This document shows positions 47,668 through 61,800 of a stretch of DNA of 64,000 bases, in pieces. A program made the position numbers and the translations under genes. The notes beneath the pieces are model-generated. The model did not search any database and was not told where the DNA came from. It worked only from the letters and a program-made list of their open reading frames with translations. This stretch comes from Squalus acanthias (taxonomy: Eukaryota), in contig CM059431.1 of assembly GCA_030390025.1 (NCBI GenBank), positions 147,314,001-147,378,000 on the forward strand, read 5' to 3'. Position 1 is the stretch's first letter, and each line of letters starts with the position of its first letter.

Positions 47668-50454
47668 TTCAAACACCCCCAGGGCAGGCACAGCACGGAT
47701 TAGAGACAGAGTAAAGCTCACTCTACACTGTCCCATCAAACACTCCCAGGGCAGGTACAGCACGGGTTACATACAGAATAAAGCTCCCTCTACACGGTCC
47801 CATCAAACACTCCCAGGGCAGGTACAGCATAGGTTACATACAGAGTAAAGCTCCCTCTACACTGTCCCATCAAACACTCCCAGGGCAGGTACAGCACGGG
47901 TTAGATACAGGGTAAAGCTCCCTCTAAACTGTCCCATCAAACACTCCCAGGGCAAGTGCAGCATTTGTTAGATACAGAGTAAAGCTCCTTCTACACTGTC
48001 CCATCAAACACTCCCAGGGCAGGTACAGCACGGGTTACATACAGAATAAAGCTCCCTCTACACGGTCCCATCAAACACTCCCAGGGCAGGTACAGCATAG
48101 GTTACATACAGAGTAAAGCTCCCTCTACACTGTCCCATCAAACACTCCCAGGGCAGGTACAGCATGGGTTAGATACAGAGTTAGGGTCATTCTACACTGC
48201 CTCATCAAACACTCCCAGGGCAGGTGCAGCACGGGTTAGATACAGAGTAAAGCTCCCTCTACACTGTCCCATCAAACACTCCCAGGGCAGGTACAGCACG
48301 GGTTAGATACAGAGTAAAGCTCCCTCTACACTGTCCCATCAAACACTCCCAGGGCAGGTGCAGCACTGGTTAGATACAGAGTAAAGCTCCCTCTACACTG
48401 TCCCATCAAATACTCCCAGGGCAGGTACAGCACGGGTTAGATACAGAGTAAAGCTCACTCTAGTTTCCCATCAAATACTCCCAGGGTAGGTACAGCACGG
48501 GTTAGATACAGAGTAAAGCTCCCACAGTGTCCCATCAAACACTCCCAGGGTAGGTACAGCTCCGGTTAGATGCAGAGTAAAGCTCCCTCTAAACTGACCC
48601 ATCAAACACTTCCAGGGCAGGTACAGCATGGGTTAGATACAGAGTAAAGCTCCCTCTACACTGTCCCATCAAACACTTCCCGAGAAGGTCCAGCACAGGT
48701 TAGATACAGAGTGAAGCTCCCTCTAAACTGTCCCATCAAACACTCCCAGGGTAGGTACGACTCACGTTAGATACAGTGTAAAGCTCCCTCTAAACTGTCC
48801 CATCACGCACTCCCAGGGCAACTACAGCACGGGTTAGATACAGAGGACAGCTCCCTCTCCACTGTTCCATCAAACACTCCCAGGGCATGTACAGCATGGG
48901 TTACATACAGAATAAAGTACCCTCTGCACTGTCCCATCAAACACTCCCAGGGCAGGTACAGCACGGGTTAGATACAGAGTAAAGCTCCCTCTAAACTGTC
49001 CCATCCAACACTCCCAGGGCAGGTACAACACGGGTTAGATACAGAGTGAAGCTCCCTCTACACTGACCAATTATCCTGCTCCTACTAGTGAGGTTGACTG
49101 ATTGGCCGGTGGGGGGTCGAGGTGACTTGAACCGTTTTTGCGCTGACTGTACGCTCTTGCTTTCCAAGGTTGTACATGTGACCGTTGAGGACCTGCGGCT
49201 ATTGGAGGATGAGTGAGAGAGTCACGATCAGGAGGAGAGGCTTTGCGAGTGGCAGTCGGGAAGGTTCAATACTTCCATCCTGTTCCGGAATGGATCCAGA
49301 ACCACTGGAACCCACAAAGTGGTCTCTGATCCCTTTCGTTCCTCAGGACCTTGCAGGGATGGGCGGGATCTCCTGCGGATTGCCCACCTCCATCTCCCAA
49401 TTGGCCAGAAACCCATCAGGAGATCCTTCTACCAGCCTGGGGTTCAACCAATCAGAACATCCATCTACCAGCCTTGTGATTTAACTAATCAGAACATCCA
49501 TCACCCAGCCTGGGGTTCAACCAATCAGACCACCATCTCCCAGCCTTGGGATCAACCAATCAGATCATCCATCTACCAGCCTGGGGTTCAACCAATCAGA
49601 CCATCCATCTCCCAGTCTTGGGATCAACCAATCAGATCATTGCTCTACCGGCCTTGGGATCAACCAATGAGGTTGTTGGAGTTGAATGAACCTATAGTGA
49701 CTGCTCCCTCATTCGGTCCCCTCGAGCCAGCTCTGCCATTCAATGAGATCATGGCTGATCTGTGTGCTATGTCCATCTACCCGCCTTGGTTCCGTAACCC
49801 TTAATACCCTCACCCAACAAAAATCTATCAATCTCAGTTTTGAAATTCCCAATTGACCCCCCACCAGCCTCAAAAGCTTTATTGGGGGAGAGAGTTCCAG
49901 ATTTCCACTTCCCTTTGTGTGAAGAAGTGCTTCCTGACATCACCCCTGAACGGCCTGACTCAAATTTTAAGGCGATGCCCCCCTTGTTCTGGACTCCCCT
50001 CAACTCCTTTAATCATCTTAAAACACCTCGATTCGATCACCCCTTAATCTTCTACACTCGAGGGAATACAAGCCTAGTCTGGGCAACCTGCCCTCGGAAT
50101 TTAACCCTTTTAGCCCCGGTATCATTCTGGTGAATCTTCGCTGCACCCACTCCGAGGACAATATTTCATCCTTGAGGTGGAATCTTTTGTTGGGAGCACG
50201 TTATCGTTTTGTGGTCGATTGTTTCGCCGTCGTTTTATTCCAAAGAGGCAACGAACTATTGTAGAATGCTCCATTGTCTGGGAACGGTTTCTGAATTGTT
50301 TTCCCGAATGTTTAGGGCCGTTTATTATCGTTGTTTAAAGATTAAAGTTTGACTGTTAAAGTCTGGAATCTAATCGAGGAGTGCGGGCGGTTTATTGATG
50401 AGGAGGAACCAGAGGGCGTTCGGTCATCTCCTGATTTAAGTTCCGATGATCAGA

Positions 50455-50790
50455 CCCCACACACACATACACAGAGCAGGAAAGGCCCAGGCTCCATCCC
50501 CGGCCTAGTGCTGAGTTAGCCTGATCTCACACCCGGTGTGGTACTGAGCCCCACACACACACAGAGCAGGATAGGCCCAGGCTCCATCCCCAGCCTAGCG
50601 CTGAGTGAAGTTGATCTCACACCCGGTGTGGTACTGAGCCCCACACACACACACAGAGCAGGAAAGGCCCAGGCTCCATCCCCGGCCTGTGCTGAGTTAG
50701 CCTGATCTCACATCCGGTGTGGTACTGAGCCCCACACACACACACACAGAGCAGGAAAGGCCCAGGCTCCATCCTCGGCCTGAGTTCGCT
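50455..50790 (+). repeat. Four tandem copies of a ~85-bp unit resembling a tRNA-derived SINE head with (CA)n
   Basis: GGAAAGGCCCAGGCTCCATCCCCGGCCTGTGCTGAGTTAGC repeated; single copy at the paralogous site 23270-23370. Confidence 0.7.
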
Positions 50791-50837
50791 CAGGAGTGAG
50801 GTTTAGGGACACAACAAATCTCTGACAGCCTCACCCG

Positions 50838-51150
50838 TCTCCCTATCTCTGTAAACTCCTCCAGCCCATTAAACCCTCCCTTTTCTCTGTAACCTCCGCC
50901 AGCCTCAACAACCCTCACTATTTCTGTAATCTTCTCCAACACCTACACCCCTCCCTATCTCTGTAACCTCCTCCAGCCCGACAACCCTCCCTATCTCTGT
51001 AACCTCCTCCAGCCCCTAGCCCACTCCCTATCTCTGTAACCTCCTCCAACACCTACAACCCTCCCTATCTCTGTAACACCCTCCAGCCCTACAACCCTTC
51101 CTATCTCTGTAACCTCCTCCAGCCCCTACAATCCTCCCTATCTCTGTAAA
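50838..51150. repeat. 36/37-bp minisatellite (C-rich orientation)
   Basis: Paralog of the 23415 array. Confidence 0.9.
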
Positions 51151-51382
51151 TTGTCACATTGGGATCTTGCTGTGCGCCAATGGGCTGCCACGTTCCCTGC
51201 ATTACAACACTTCAAAAACAAAGCACTTCATTGGCTGTGAAGCACTTTGGGACGTGCCGGAGGAGGTGAAAGGCGCTGTAGAAATGCAAAAGTCTTTCAA
51301 TGAAGGGAAATGTGTGACACAATCTGCTCACAGCAAGCACCCCTCCCAAACTGGACTGGAGGCAGGCTGAGCCAAGATCAAA

Positions 51383-54016
51383 GTGTGATATGGAGACCAG
51401 AACTGTGCACAGTATTCCAAGTGTGATATGGAGACTAGAACTGTGCACAGTGCTCCAGGTGTGATATGGAGACCAGAACTGTGCACAGTACTCCAAGTGT
51501 GATATGGAGACCAGAACTGTGCACAGTGCTCCAGGTGTGATATGGAGACCAGAACTGTGCACAGTGCTCCAGGTGCGATATCGAGACCAGCACTGTGCAT
51601 AGTGCTCCAAGTGTGATATGGAGACCAGAACTGTGCACACTGCTCCAGGTGTGATATGGAGACCAGAACTGTGCGCAGTGCTCCAAGTGTGATATGGAGA
51701 CCAGAACTGTGCACAGTGCTCCAGGTGTGATATGGAGACCAGAACTGTGCACAGTGCTTCAGGTGCGATATCGAGACCAGAACTGTGCACAGTGCTCCAA
51801 GTGTGATATGGAGACCAGAACTGAGCACAGTGCTCCAAGTGTGATATGGAGACCAGAACTGTGCACAGTGCTCCAAGTGTGATATGGAGACCAGAACTGA
51901 GTACAGTGCTCCAAGTGTGATATGGAGACCAGAACTGTGTACAGTGCTCCATGTGTGATATGGAGACCGGAACTGTGCACACTGCTCCAAGTGTGATATG
52001 GAGACCAGAACTGTGCACATTACTCCAAGTGTGATTTGGGGACCAAAACTGCGCACCGTTTTTCAAGTGTGATATGGAGATCAGAACTGTGCACAGTGCT
52101 CCAAGTGTGATGTGGAGAACAGAATTGTGCACAGTGCTCCAAGTGTGATATGGAGACCAGGACTGTGCACAGTACTCCAAGTGTGATATGGAGACCAGAA
52201 CTGTGCACAGTAACTCCAAGTGTGATGTGGAGAACAGAATTGTGCACAGTGCTCCAAGTGTGATATGGAGACCAGGACTGTGCACAGTGCTCCAAGTGTG
52301 ATATGGAGACCAGAACTGTGCACAGTACTCCAAGTGTGATATGGAGACCAGAACTGTTCACAGTGCTCCAAGTGTGATATGGAGACAAGAACTGTGCACA
52401 GTACTCCAAGTGTGATATGGAGAACAGAACTGTGCACTGTACTCCAAGTGTGATATGGAGACCAGAACTCTGCACAGTACTCCAAGTGTGATATGGAGAC
52501 CGGAACTGTGCACTGTGCTCCAAGTGTGATATGGAGACCGGAACTGTGCACAGTACTCCAAGTGTGATATGGAGACCAGAACTGTGCACAGTGCTCCAAA
52601 TGTGATATGGAGACCAGAACTGTGCACAGTGCTCCAGGTGCGATATCGAGACCAGAACTGTGCACAGTGCTCCAAGTGTGATATGGAGACCAGAACTGTG
52701 CACACTGCTCCAGGTGTGATATGGAGACCAGAACATGTGCACAGTGCTCCAGGTGTGATATGGAGACCAGAACTGTGCACAGTGCTCCAGGTGTGATATG
52801 GAGACCAGAACTGGGCACAGTACTCCAAGTGTGATAAGGAGACCAGAACTGTGTGCAGTGCTCCATGTGTGATATGGAGACCGGAACTGTGCACACTGCT
52901 CCAAGTGTGATATGGAGACCAGAACTGTGCACATTACTCCAAGTGTGATTTGGGGACCAAAACTGCGCACCGTTTCCAGGTGCGATATGGAGACCAGAAC
53001 TGTGTACAGTACTCCAAGTGTGATATGGAGACCAGAACTGTGTACAGTGCTCCATGTGTGATATGGAGACCGGAACTGTGCACACTGCTCCAAGTGTGAT
53101 ATGGAGACCAGAACTGTGCACATTACTCCAAGTGTGATATGGAGACCAGAACTGTGCACAGTGCTCCAAGTGTGATGTGGAGAACAGAATTGTGCACAGT
53201 GCTCCAAGTGTGATATGGAGACCAGGACTGTGCACAGTGCTCCAAGTGTGATATGGAGACCAGAACTGTGCACAGTACTCCAAGTGTGATATGGAGACCA
53301 GAACTGTTCACAGTGCTCCAAGTGTGATATGGAGACAAGAACTGTGCACAGTACTCCAAGTGTGATATGGAGAACATAACTGTGCACTGTACTCGAAGTG
53401 TGATATGGAGACCAGAACTCTGCACAGTACTCCAAGTGTGATATGGAGTCCGGAACTGTGCACTGTGCTCCAAGTGTGATATGGAGACCGGAACTGTGCA
53501 CAGTACTCCAAGTGTGATATGGAGACCAGAACTGTGCACAGTGCTCCAAATGTGATATGGTGACCAGAACTGTGCACAGTGCTCCAGGTGCGATATCGAG
53601 ACCAGAACTGTGCACAGTGCTCCAAGTGTGATATGGAGACCAGAACTGTGCACACTGCTCCAGGTGTGATATGGAGACCAGAACTGTGCACAGTGCTCCA
53701 GGTGTGATATGGAGACCAGAACTGTGCACAGTGCTCCAGGTGTGATATGGAGACCAGAGCTGTGCACAGTGCTCCAGGTGCGATATCGAGACCAGAACTG
53801 TGCACAGTGCTCCAAGTGTGATATGGAGACCAGAACTGCGCACAGTGCTCCAGGTGCGATATGGAGACCAGAACTGTGCACAGTACTCCAAGTGTGATAT
53901 GGAGACCAGAACGGTGCACAGTAACTCCAAGTGTGATATGGAGACCAGAACTGTGCACATTTCTCCATGTGTGATATGGAGACCAGAACTGTGCACATTT
54001 CTCCAAGTGTGATATG
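51383..54016. repeat. 38-bp CR1-derived minisatellite, ~2.6 kb, with internal higher-order duplication
   Basis: Unit read directly; variant order at ~52220-52700 recurs at ~53170-53650. Confidence 0.95.
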
Positions 54017-54089
54017 GCTGTAAAGTGCTTTGAGATGTCTGGTGGTTGGAAAAGGCGCTATATAAATGCAAGTCTTTCCTTTTTTTTCT

Positions 54090-54500
54090 TGTAATTTATT
54101 GTGTCCTCCTCATTATTGACACCCTCCAATTTGTTGTTGTCCGTAATTTCGAAATTGTGTTTTTGATTCTAAAGTCTAAATCGTTAATATAAATCATAAA
54201 CAACAGGGGACCCAGCACTGATCCTTGTGGAACACCACTATCCACCTTCTGCCACTCTGAATAGCTACCCTTTACCCCCTGCTCTCTGCTTTCTGTCTTG
54301 AAGCCAGCTAGCTATCCAATCTGCTACTTGTCCCTTGACGCCGCATTCTCTGACCTCATTCATTCCTCTATTATGTGGTACCTGACTGAAGGCCTTTTGA
54401 AAATCTAGGTAAATTACATCTACTGCATTACCCTTGTCTACTCTCTCTGTTACTGCTTCAAAAAATTAAATGAGGATGGTCAAGAAAGACTTTCGCTTGA
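54090..54500 (-). mobile_element. Degenerate CR1 RT fragment
   Basis: Minus strand reads DVIYLDFQKAF and [10 protein letters not shown]. Confidence 0.75.
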
Positions 54501-54851
54501 CTTTTCCTATTTCCAGCATTTTCTGTTTTTATTCCAGCATCCACAGTATTTTTCTTTTGTTTTGGTGAAGAAGTTTCTTCTGAATTCGCAATTGGATTTA
54601 TTCATGACCCATTACAATACCATACCTAGCATTGTTTGCACAGACAGTCTTTATCTCCCTACATATATTTGCAAAGCATCCGACTGCGTTCAAAGGGCAC
54701 ACCACAATTCAAATTCAGCGAAAGCCACTCCTGTTAATTAGTGAACGAAAATGAAAATGGAGATTGTTTAATCCGGGAAAAGAGCACATGATCGGATTGT
54801 AAAGATATATAGATAACAGGTGCTGAACTTTCAGGAATCAAGTACAGAAAC

Positions 54852-57800
54852 CGATCGACAGGTAATAGACGGGCATCGGATCGGCTTGATCTCTGTGCTT
54901 TTTCTCGAGAAGGTAAGCACTGAGATAATGTTCAGATTCTTGAAAGAAAGATTTTTGAGGAGGACACAAGGAGGGTAGCGCGTTTGATGTAGTCTGTATG
55001 GACTTTAGAAAGGCTTTTGAGAAGGTCCCACACGGCAAACTGGTCAGAAAAGTAAAAGCCCAGGGGATTCAAGGGAAAGTGGCAAGTTGGATCCAGAATG
55101 GGATCAGTGGCAGGAAGCAAAGGGTAATGGTCGACGGGTGTTTTTGTGACTGGAAGGCTGTTTCCAGTGGGGTTCCGCAGGGCTCTGTACTAGGTTCCTC
55201 GCTTTTCGTGGCATATATCGATGTTTTAGACTTCAATATAGGGGGCCATGATTAAGAAGTTTACAGATGATGCATGAATCGTCCGTGTGGTTGATAGTGA
55301 GGAAGAAAGCTGTAGACTGCAGGAAGATATCAATGGACTGGTCAAGGGGGCAGAACAGTGGCAAATGGAATTCAATCCGGAGAAGTGTGAAGTAATGTGT
55401 TTGGGGAGAGCTTTCAAGGGAAGGGAATATCGTAGGACACTGAGACGTGTAGAGGAACAGTGGGACCTTGGAGTGCAGGTCCACAGATCCCTGAGGCAGC
55501 AGGACAGGTAGTTAAGGTGGTTAAGAAGGCAGACAGGATACTTTCCTTTATTAGCCAAGGCATAGAATATAAGATTGAGAGGTCGCAGAACACCAGGTTA
55601 TAGTCCAACAGTTTTATTTGAAATCACAAGCTTTCGGAGCTATCGATTGCTCCTTCCTCAGGTGAAGTAAATTAGATACAGAATCGCCAAAGCATATATA
55701 GATAGAGAACAAAGCATGTGTACCTTACAATTGCAGACCACTAAATTAAATCATCCTGACTATCTGCCGAGGTGTGATAAAGTTAATCAAGTCAGCCAGG
55801 AAGGTACTACATCAAAGACATAGCAAGATACAACTGAGACAATGATCTGTAGTCGCAGGGGTTCTAACGTGTCAAAAGCTGCCGTCTGTATGTAAAACGA
55901 AAAGCTTTAAAATTTTTACTTTTTTACTGGGAAAATTTTTACTTTTTTACTGGGAATCACATCTGTGAACAAGCCAACGACGACTCGAGTCCGGATCACG
56001 TCATGTATCGTGACATAAACGCAAGATCCCGGTTGAGACCGTCTTCATGAGTGCGGAACTTGGCTATCAGTTTCTGCTCGATGATTTTGCGTTGTCGTGT
56101 GTTTCTAAGGTTGCCTTGGAGAACGCTTACCCGCAGATCCGAGGCTGAATGTCCTTGACTGCTGAAGTGTTCCCCGACTGGGAGGTAACAATCCTGCCTG
56201 GCGATTGTTGCGTGGTGCTCGTTCATACGTTGTCTCAGTGTCTGCATGGTCTCGCCGATGTACCATGCTGCGGTGCATTCTTTCCTGCAACGTATGAGGT
56301 AGACAACGTTGGCCGAGTCACATGAGTATGTACCATGTACCTGGTGGGTAGTGTCCTCACGTGTGATGGTGGTATCTGTGTTGATGATCTGGCATGTATT
56401 GCAGAGACTTGGGGGTGTTGGTGCACAAATCTTTGTTGGTGGCATTACAGGTTAACAGAGTGGTGAATAAAGCATATGGGATCCTGGGTTTATAAATAGA
56501 GGTAAAGAGTAGAAAAGACAGCAAGTTATGCTAAATCTTTATAAAACAGGAGTTCAGCACCAGCAAGATGGTGAGGTGGAAACCCCATTTTGCCCTTGCT
56601 TAAAAAACGTGTGATCCTGCTCGTGGTGTGATATGGAGACCAGACCTGTGCACAGTGCTCCAAGTGTGATATGGAGACCAGAACTGTGCACAGTGCTCCA
56701 AGTGTGATATGGAGACCAGAACTGTGCACAGTAACTACAAGTGTGATATGGAGACCAGAACTGTGCACAGTGCTCCAAGTGTGATATGGAGACCAGAACT
56801 GAGCACAGTGCTCCAAGTGTGATATGGTGACCAGAACTGAGCACAGTGCTCCAAGTGTGATATGGAGACCAGAACTGAGCACAGTGCTCCAAGTGTGATA
56901 TGGAGACCGGAACTGTGCACAGTGCTCCAAGTGTGATATGGAGACCAGAACTGTGCACAGTGCTCCAAGTGTGATGTGGAGAACAGAATTGTGCGCAGTG
57001 CTCCAAGTGTGATATGGAGACCAGAACTGTGCACAGTACTCCAAGTGTGATGTGGAGAACAGAATTGTGCGCAGTGCTCCAAGTGTGATATGGAGACCAG
57101 AACTGTGCACAGTACTGCAAGTGTGATATGGAGACCAGAACTGTGCACAGTGCTCAAAATGTGATATGGAGATCAGAACTGTGCACGGTAATCGAAGACA
57201 TTTTTTAACTTTGTGGCTCCTTATTGTCTAGCTACGATGTTATCCTCCTGCGTTTTCTTGCATTTTGCGATCCTCTTATCATGTTGGTGTTTGTTACTTG
57301 ACCTTGCTGACACTTGAACCATTTGTTCCTGACTGCACATTAATTTCTGTTCTAAGTGTCAAACTTCATCAATGAATCTTATAGCTATTTCTTACACGAT
57401 CGACAGATAATAGACGGGCATCGGATCGGCTTGATCTCTGTGCTTTTTCTCGAGAAGGTCAGCACTGAGACAATGTTCAGATTCTTGAAAGAAAGATTTT
57501 TGAGGAGGACACAAGGAGGGTAGCGCGTTTCATGTCGTCTGTATGGACTTTCGAAAGGCTTTTGATAAGGTCCCACATCGCAAACTGGTCAGAAAATTAA
57601 AAGTCCAGGGGATTCAAGGGATGATGGCAAGTTGGATCCAGAATGGGATCAGTGGCAGGAAGCAGAGGGTAATGGTCGACGGGTGTTTTTGTGACTGGAA
57701 TGCTGTCTCCAGTGGGGTTCCGCAGGGCTCCGTACTAGGTTCCTCGCTTTTCGTGTCATATATCGATGTTTTAGACTTCAATATAGGGGGCCATGATTAA

Positions 57801-60800
57801 GAAGTTTACAGATGATGCATGAATCGTCCGTGTGGTTGATAGTGAGGAAGAAAGCTGTAGACTGCAGGAAGATATCAATGGACTGGTCAAGGGGGCAGAA
57901 CAGTGGCAAATGGAATTCAATCCGGAGAAGTGTGAAGTAATGTGTTTGGGGAGAGCTTTCAAGGGAAGGGAATATCGTAGGACACTGAGACGTGTAGAGG
58001 AACAGTGGGACCTTGGAGTGCAGGTCCACAGATCCCTGAGGCAGCAGGACAGGTAGTTAAGGTGGTTAAGAAGGCAGACAGGATACTTTCCTTTATTAGC
58101 CAAGGCATAGAATATAAGATTGAGAGGTCGCACAACACCAGGTTATAGTCCAACAGTTTTATTTGAAATCACAAGCTTTCGGAGCTATCGATTGCTCCTT
58201 CCTCAGGTGAAGTAAATTAGATAAAGAATCGCCAAAGCATATATAGATAGAGAACAAAGCATGTGTACCTTACAATTGCAGACCACTAAATTAAATCATC
58301 CTGACCATCTGCCGAGGTGTGATAAAGTTAATCAAGTCAGCCAGGAAGGTACCACATCAAAGACATAGCAAGATACAACTGAGACAATGATCTGTAGTCG
58401 CAGGGGTTCTAACGTGTCAAAAGCTGCCGTCTGTATGTAAAACGAAAAGCTTTAAAATTTTTACTTTTTTACTGGGAAAATTTTTACTTTTTTACTGGGA
58501 ATCACATCTGTGAACAAGCCAACGACGACTCGAGTCCGGATCACGTCATGTATCGTGACATAAACGCAAGATCCCGGTTGAGACCGTCTACATGAGTGCG
58601 GAACTTGGCTATCAGTTTCTGCTCGATGATTTTGCGTTGTCGTGTGTTTCTAAGGTTGCCTTGGAGAACGCTTACCCGCAGATCCGAGGCTGAATGTCCT
58701 TGACTGCTGAAGTGTTCCCCGACTGGGAGGTAACAATCCTGCCTGGCGATTGTTGCGTGGTGCTCGTTCATACGTTGTCTCAGTGTCTGCATGGTCTCGC
58801 CGATGTACCATGCCGCGGTGCATTCTTTCCTGCAACGTATGAGGTAGACAACGTTGGCCGAGTCACATGAGTATGTACCATGTACCTGGTGGGTAGTGTC
58901 CTCACGTGTGATGGTGGTATCTGTGTTGATGATCTGGCATGTCTTGCAGAGACTTGGGGGTGTTGGTGCACAAATCTTTGTTGGTGGCATGACAGGTTAA
59001 CAGAGTGGTGAATAAAGCATATGGGATCCTGGGTTTATAAATAGAGGTAAAGAGTAGAAAAGACAGCAAGTTATGCTAAATCTTTATAAAACAGGAGTTC
59101 AGCACCAGCAAGATGGTGAGGTGGAAACCCCATTTTGCCCTTGCTTAAAAAACGTGTGATCCTGCTCGTGGTGTGATATGGAGACCAGACCTGTGCACAG
59201 TGCTCCAAGTGTGATATGGAGACCAGAACTGTGCACAGTGCTCCAAGTGTGATATGGAGACCAGAACTGTGCACAGTAACTACAAGTGTGATATGGAGAC
59301 CAGAACTGTGCACAGTGCTCCAAGTGTGATATGGAGACCAGAACTGAGCACAGTGCTCCAAGTGTGATATGGTGACCAGAACTGAGCACAGTGCTCCAAG
59401 TGTGATATGGAGACCAGAACTGAGCACAGTGCTCCAAGTGTGATATGGAGACCGGAACTGTGCACAGTGCTCCAAGTGTGATATGGAGACCAGAACTGTG
59501 CACAGTGCTCCAAGTGTGATGTGGAGAACAGAATTGTGCGCAGTGCTCCAAGTGTGATATGGAGACCAGAACTGTGCACAGTACTCCAAGTGTGATGTGG
59601 AGAACAGAATTGTGCGCAGTGCTCCAAGTGTGATATGGAGACCAGAACTGTGCACAGTACTCCAAGTGTGATATGGAGACCAGAACTGTGCACAGTGCTC
59701 AAAATGTGATATGGAGATCAGAACTGTGCACGGTAATCGAAGACATTTTATGACTTTGTGGCTCCTTATTGTCTAGCTACGATGTTATCCTCCTGCGTTT
59801 TCTTGCATTTTGCGATCCTCTTATCATGTTGGTGTTTGTTACTTGACCTTGCTGACACTTGAACCATTTGTTCCTGACTGCACATTAATTTCTGTTCTAA
59901 GTGTCAAACTTCATCAATTAATCTAATAGCTATTTCTTACACGATCGACAGATAATAGACGGGCATCGGATCGGCTTGATCTCTGTGCTTTTTCTCGAGA
60001 AGGTCAGCACTGAGACAATGTTCAGATTCTTGAAAGAAAGATTTTTGAGGAGGACACAAGGAGGGTAGCGCGTTTGATGTCGTCTGTATGGACTTTCGAA
60101 AGGCTTTTGATAAGGTCCCACATCGCAAACTGGTCAGAAAATTAAAAGTCCAGGGGATTCAAGGGATGATGGCAAGTTGGATCCAGAATGGGATCAGTGG
60201 CAGGAAGCAGAGGGTAATGGTCGACGGGTGTTTTTGTGACTGGAATGCTGTCTCCAGTGGGGTTCCGCAGGGCTCCGTACTAGGTTCCTCGCTTTTCGTG
60301 TCATATATCGATGTTTTAGACTTCAATATAGGGGGCCATGATTAAGAAGTTTACAGATGATGCATGAATCGTCCGTGTGGTTGATAGTGAGGAAGAAAGC
60401 TGTAGACTGCAGGAAGATATCAATGGACTGGTCAAGGGGGCAGAACAGTGGCAAATGGAATTCAATCCGGAGAAGTGTGAAGTAATGTGTTTGGGGAGAG
60501 CTTTCAAGGGAAGGGAATATCGTAGGACACTGAGACGTGTAGAGGAACAGTGGGACCTTGGAGTGCAGGTCCACAGATCCCTGAGGCAGCAGGACAGGTA
60601 GTTAAGGTGGTTAAGAAGGCAGACAGGATACTTTCCTTTATTAGCCAAGGCATAGAATATAAGATTGAGAGGTCGCACAACACCAGGTTATAGTCCAACA
60701 GTTTTATTTGAAATCACAAGCTTTCGGAGCTATCGATTGCTCCTTCCTCAGGTGAAGTAAATTAGATACAGAATCGCCAAAGCATATATAGATAGAGAAC

Positions 60801-61800
60801 AAAGCATGTGTACCTTACAATTGCAGACCACTAAATTAAATCATCCTGACTATCTGCCGAGGTGTGATAAAGTTAATCAAGTCAGCCAGGAAGGTACCAC
60901 ATCAAAGACATAGCAAGATACAACTGAGACAATGATCTGTAGTCGCAGGGGTTCTAACGTGTCAAAAGCTGCCGTCTGTATGTAAAACGAAAAGCTTTAA
61001 AATTTTTACTTTTTTACTGGGAAAATTTTTACTTTTTTACTGGGAATCACATCTGTGAACAAGCCAACGACGACTCGAGTCCGGATCACGTCATGTATCG
61101 TGACATAAACGCAAGATCCCGGTTGAGACCGTCTTCATGAGTGCGGAACTTGGCTATCAGTTTCTGCTCGATGATTTTGCGTTGTCGTGTGTTTCTAAGG
61201 TTGCCTTGGAGAACGCTTACCCGCAGATCCGAGGCTGAATGTCCTTGACTGCTGAAGTGTTCCCCGACTGGGAGGTAACAATCCTGCCTGGCGATTGTTG
61301 CGTGGTGCTCGTTCATACGTTGTCTCAGTGTCTGCATGGTCTCGCCGATGTACCATGCCACGGTGCATTCTTTCCTGCAACGTATGAGGTAGACAACGTT
61401 GGCCGAGTCACATGAGTATGTACCATGTACCTGGTGGGTAGTGTCCTCACGTGTGATGGTGGTATCTGTGTTGATGATCTGGCATGTCTTGCAGAGACTT
61501 GGGGGTGTTGGTGCACAAATCTTTGTCGGTGGCATGACAGGTTAACAGAGTGGTGAATAAAGCATATGGGATCCTGGGTTTATAAATAGAGGTAAAGAGT
61601 AGAAAAGACAGCAAGTTATGCTAAATCTTTATAAAACAGGAGTTCAGCACCAGCAAGATGGTGAGGTGGAAACCCCATTTTGCCCTTGCTTAAAAAACGT
61701 GTGATCCTGCTCGTGGTGTGATATGGAGACCAGACCTGTGCACAGTGCTCCAAGTGTGATATGGAGACCAGAACTGTGCACAGTGCTCCAAGTGTGATAT
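54852..61800. repeat. Tandem triplication, period 2545 bp (units start 54852, 57397, 59942): CR1 fragment, inverted Penelope 3' end, CR1 fragment, 38-bp array
   Basis: Matching ORFs recur at exact 2545 offsets (55996/58541/61086; 55287/57832/60377). Confidence 0.95.
55573..56408 (-). mobile_element. Penelope 3' fragment (GIY-YIG plus hammerhead motif at 55624-55665); repeated at +2545 and +5090
   Basis: Reverse complement of ~46830-47660; GIY-YIG frame open here. Confidence 0.92.

Larger units (their letters stand above)
42468..49068. repeat. 67-bp minisatellite split by CR1 and Penelope insertions (42468-43779, 45154-45253, 47668-49068)
   Basis: Unit read directly. Confidence 0.95.
41471..49216 (+). 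pseudogene. Gene X copy 2 (exons 41471-41570, 42096-42223, 49169-49216), middle exon frameshifted
   Basis: All splice sites conserved; middle exon 128 nt vs 129 nt (net 1-nt loss near 42135); last exon VVHVTVEDLRLLEDE*. Confidence 0.65.

Noticed and set aside
51383..54016. CRISPR-like appearance of regular 33-38 bp repeats
   Set aside because: Head-to-tail units with no unique spacers, no cas genes, eukaryotic context
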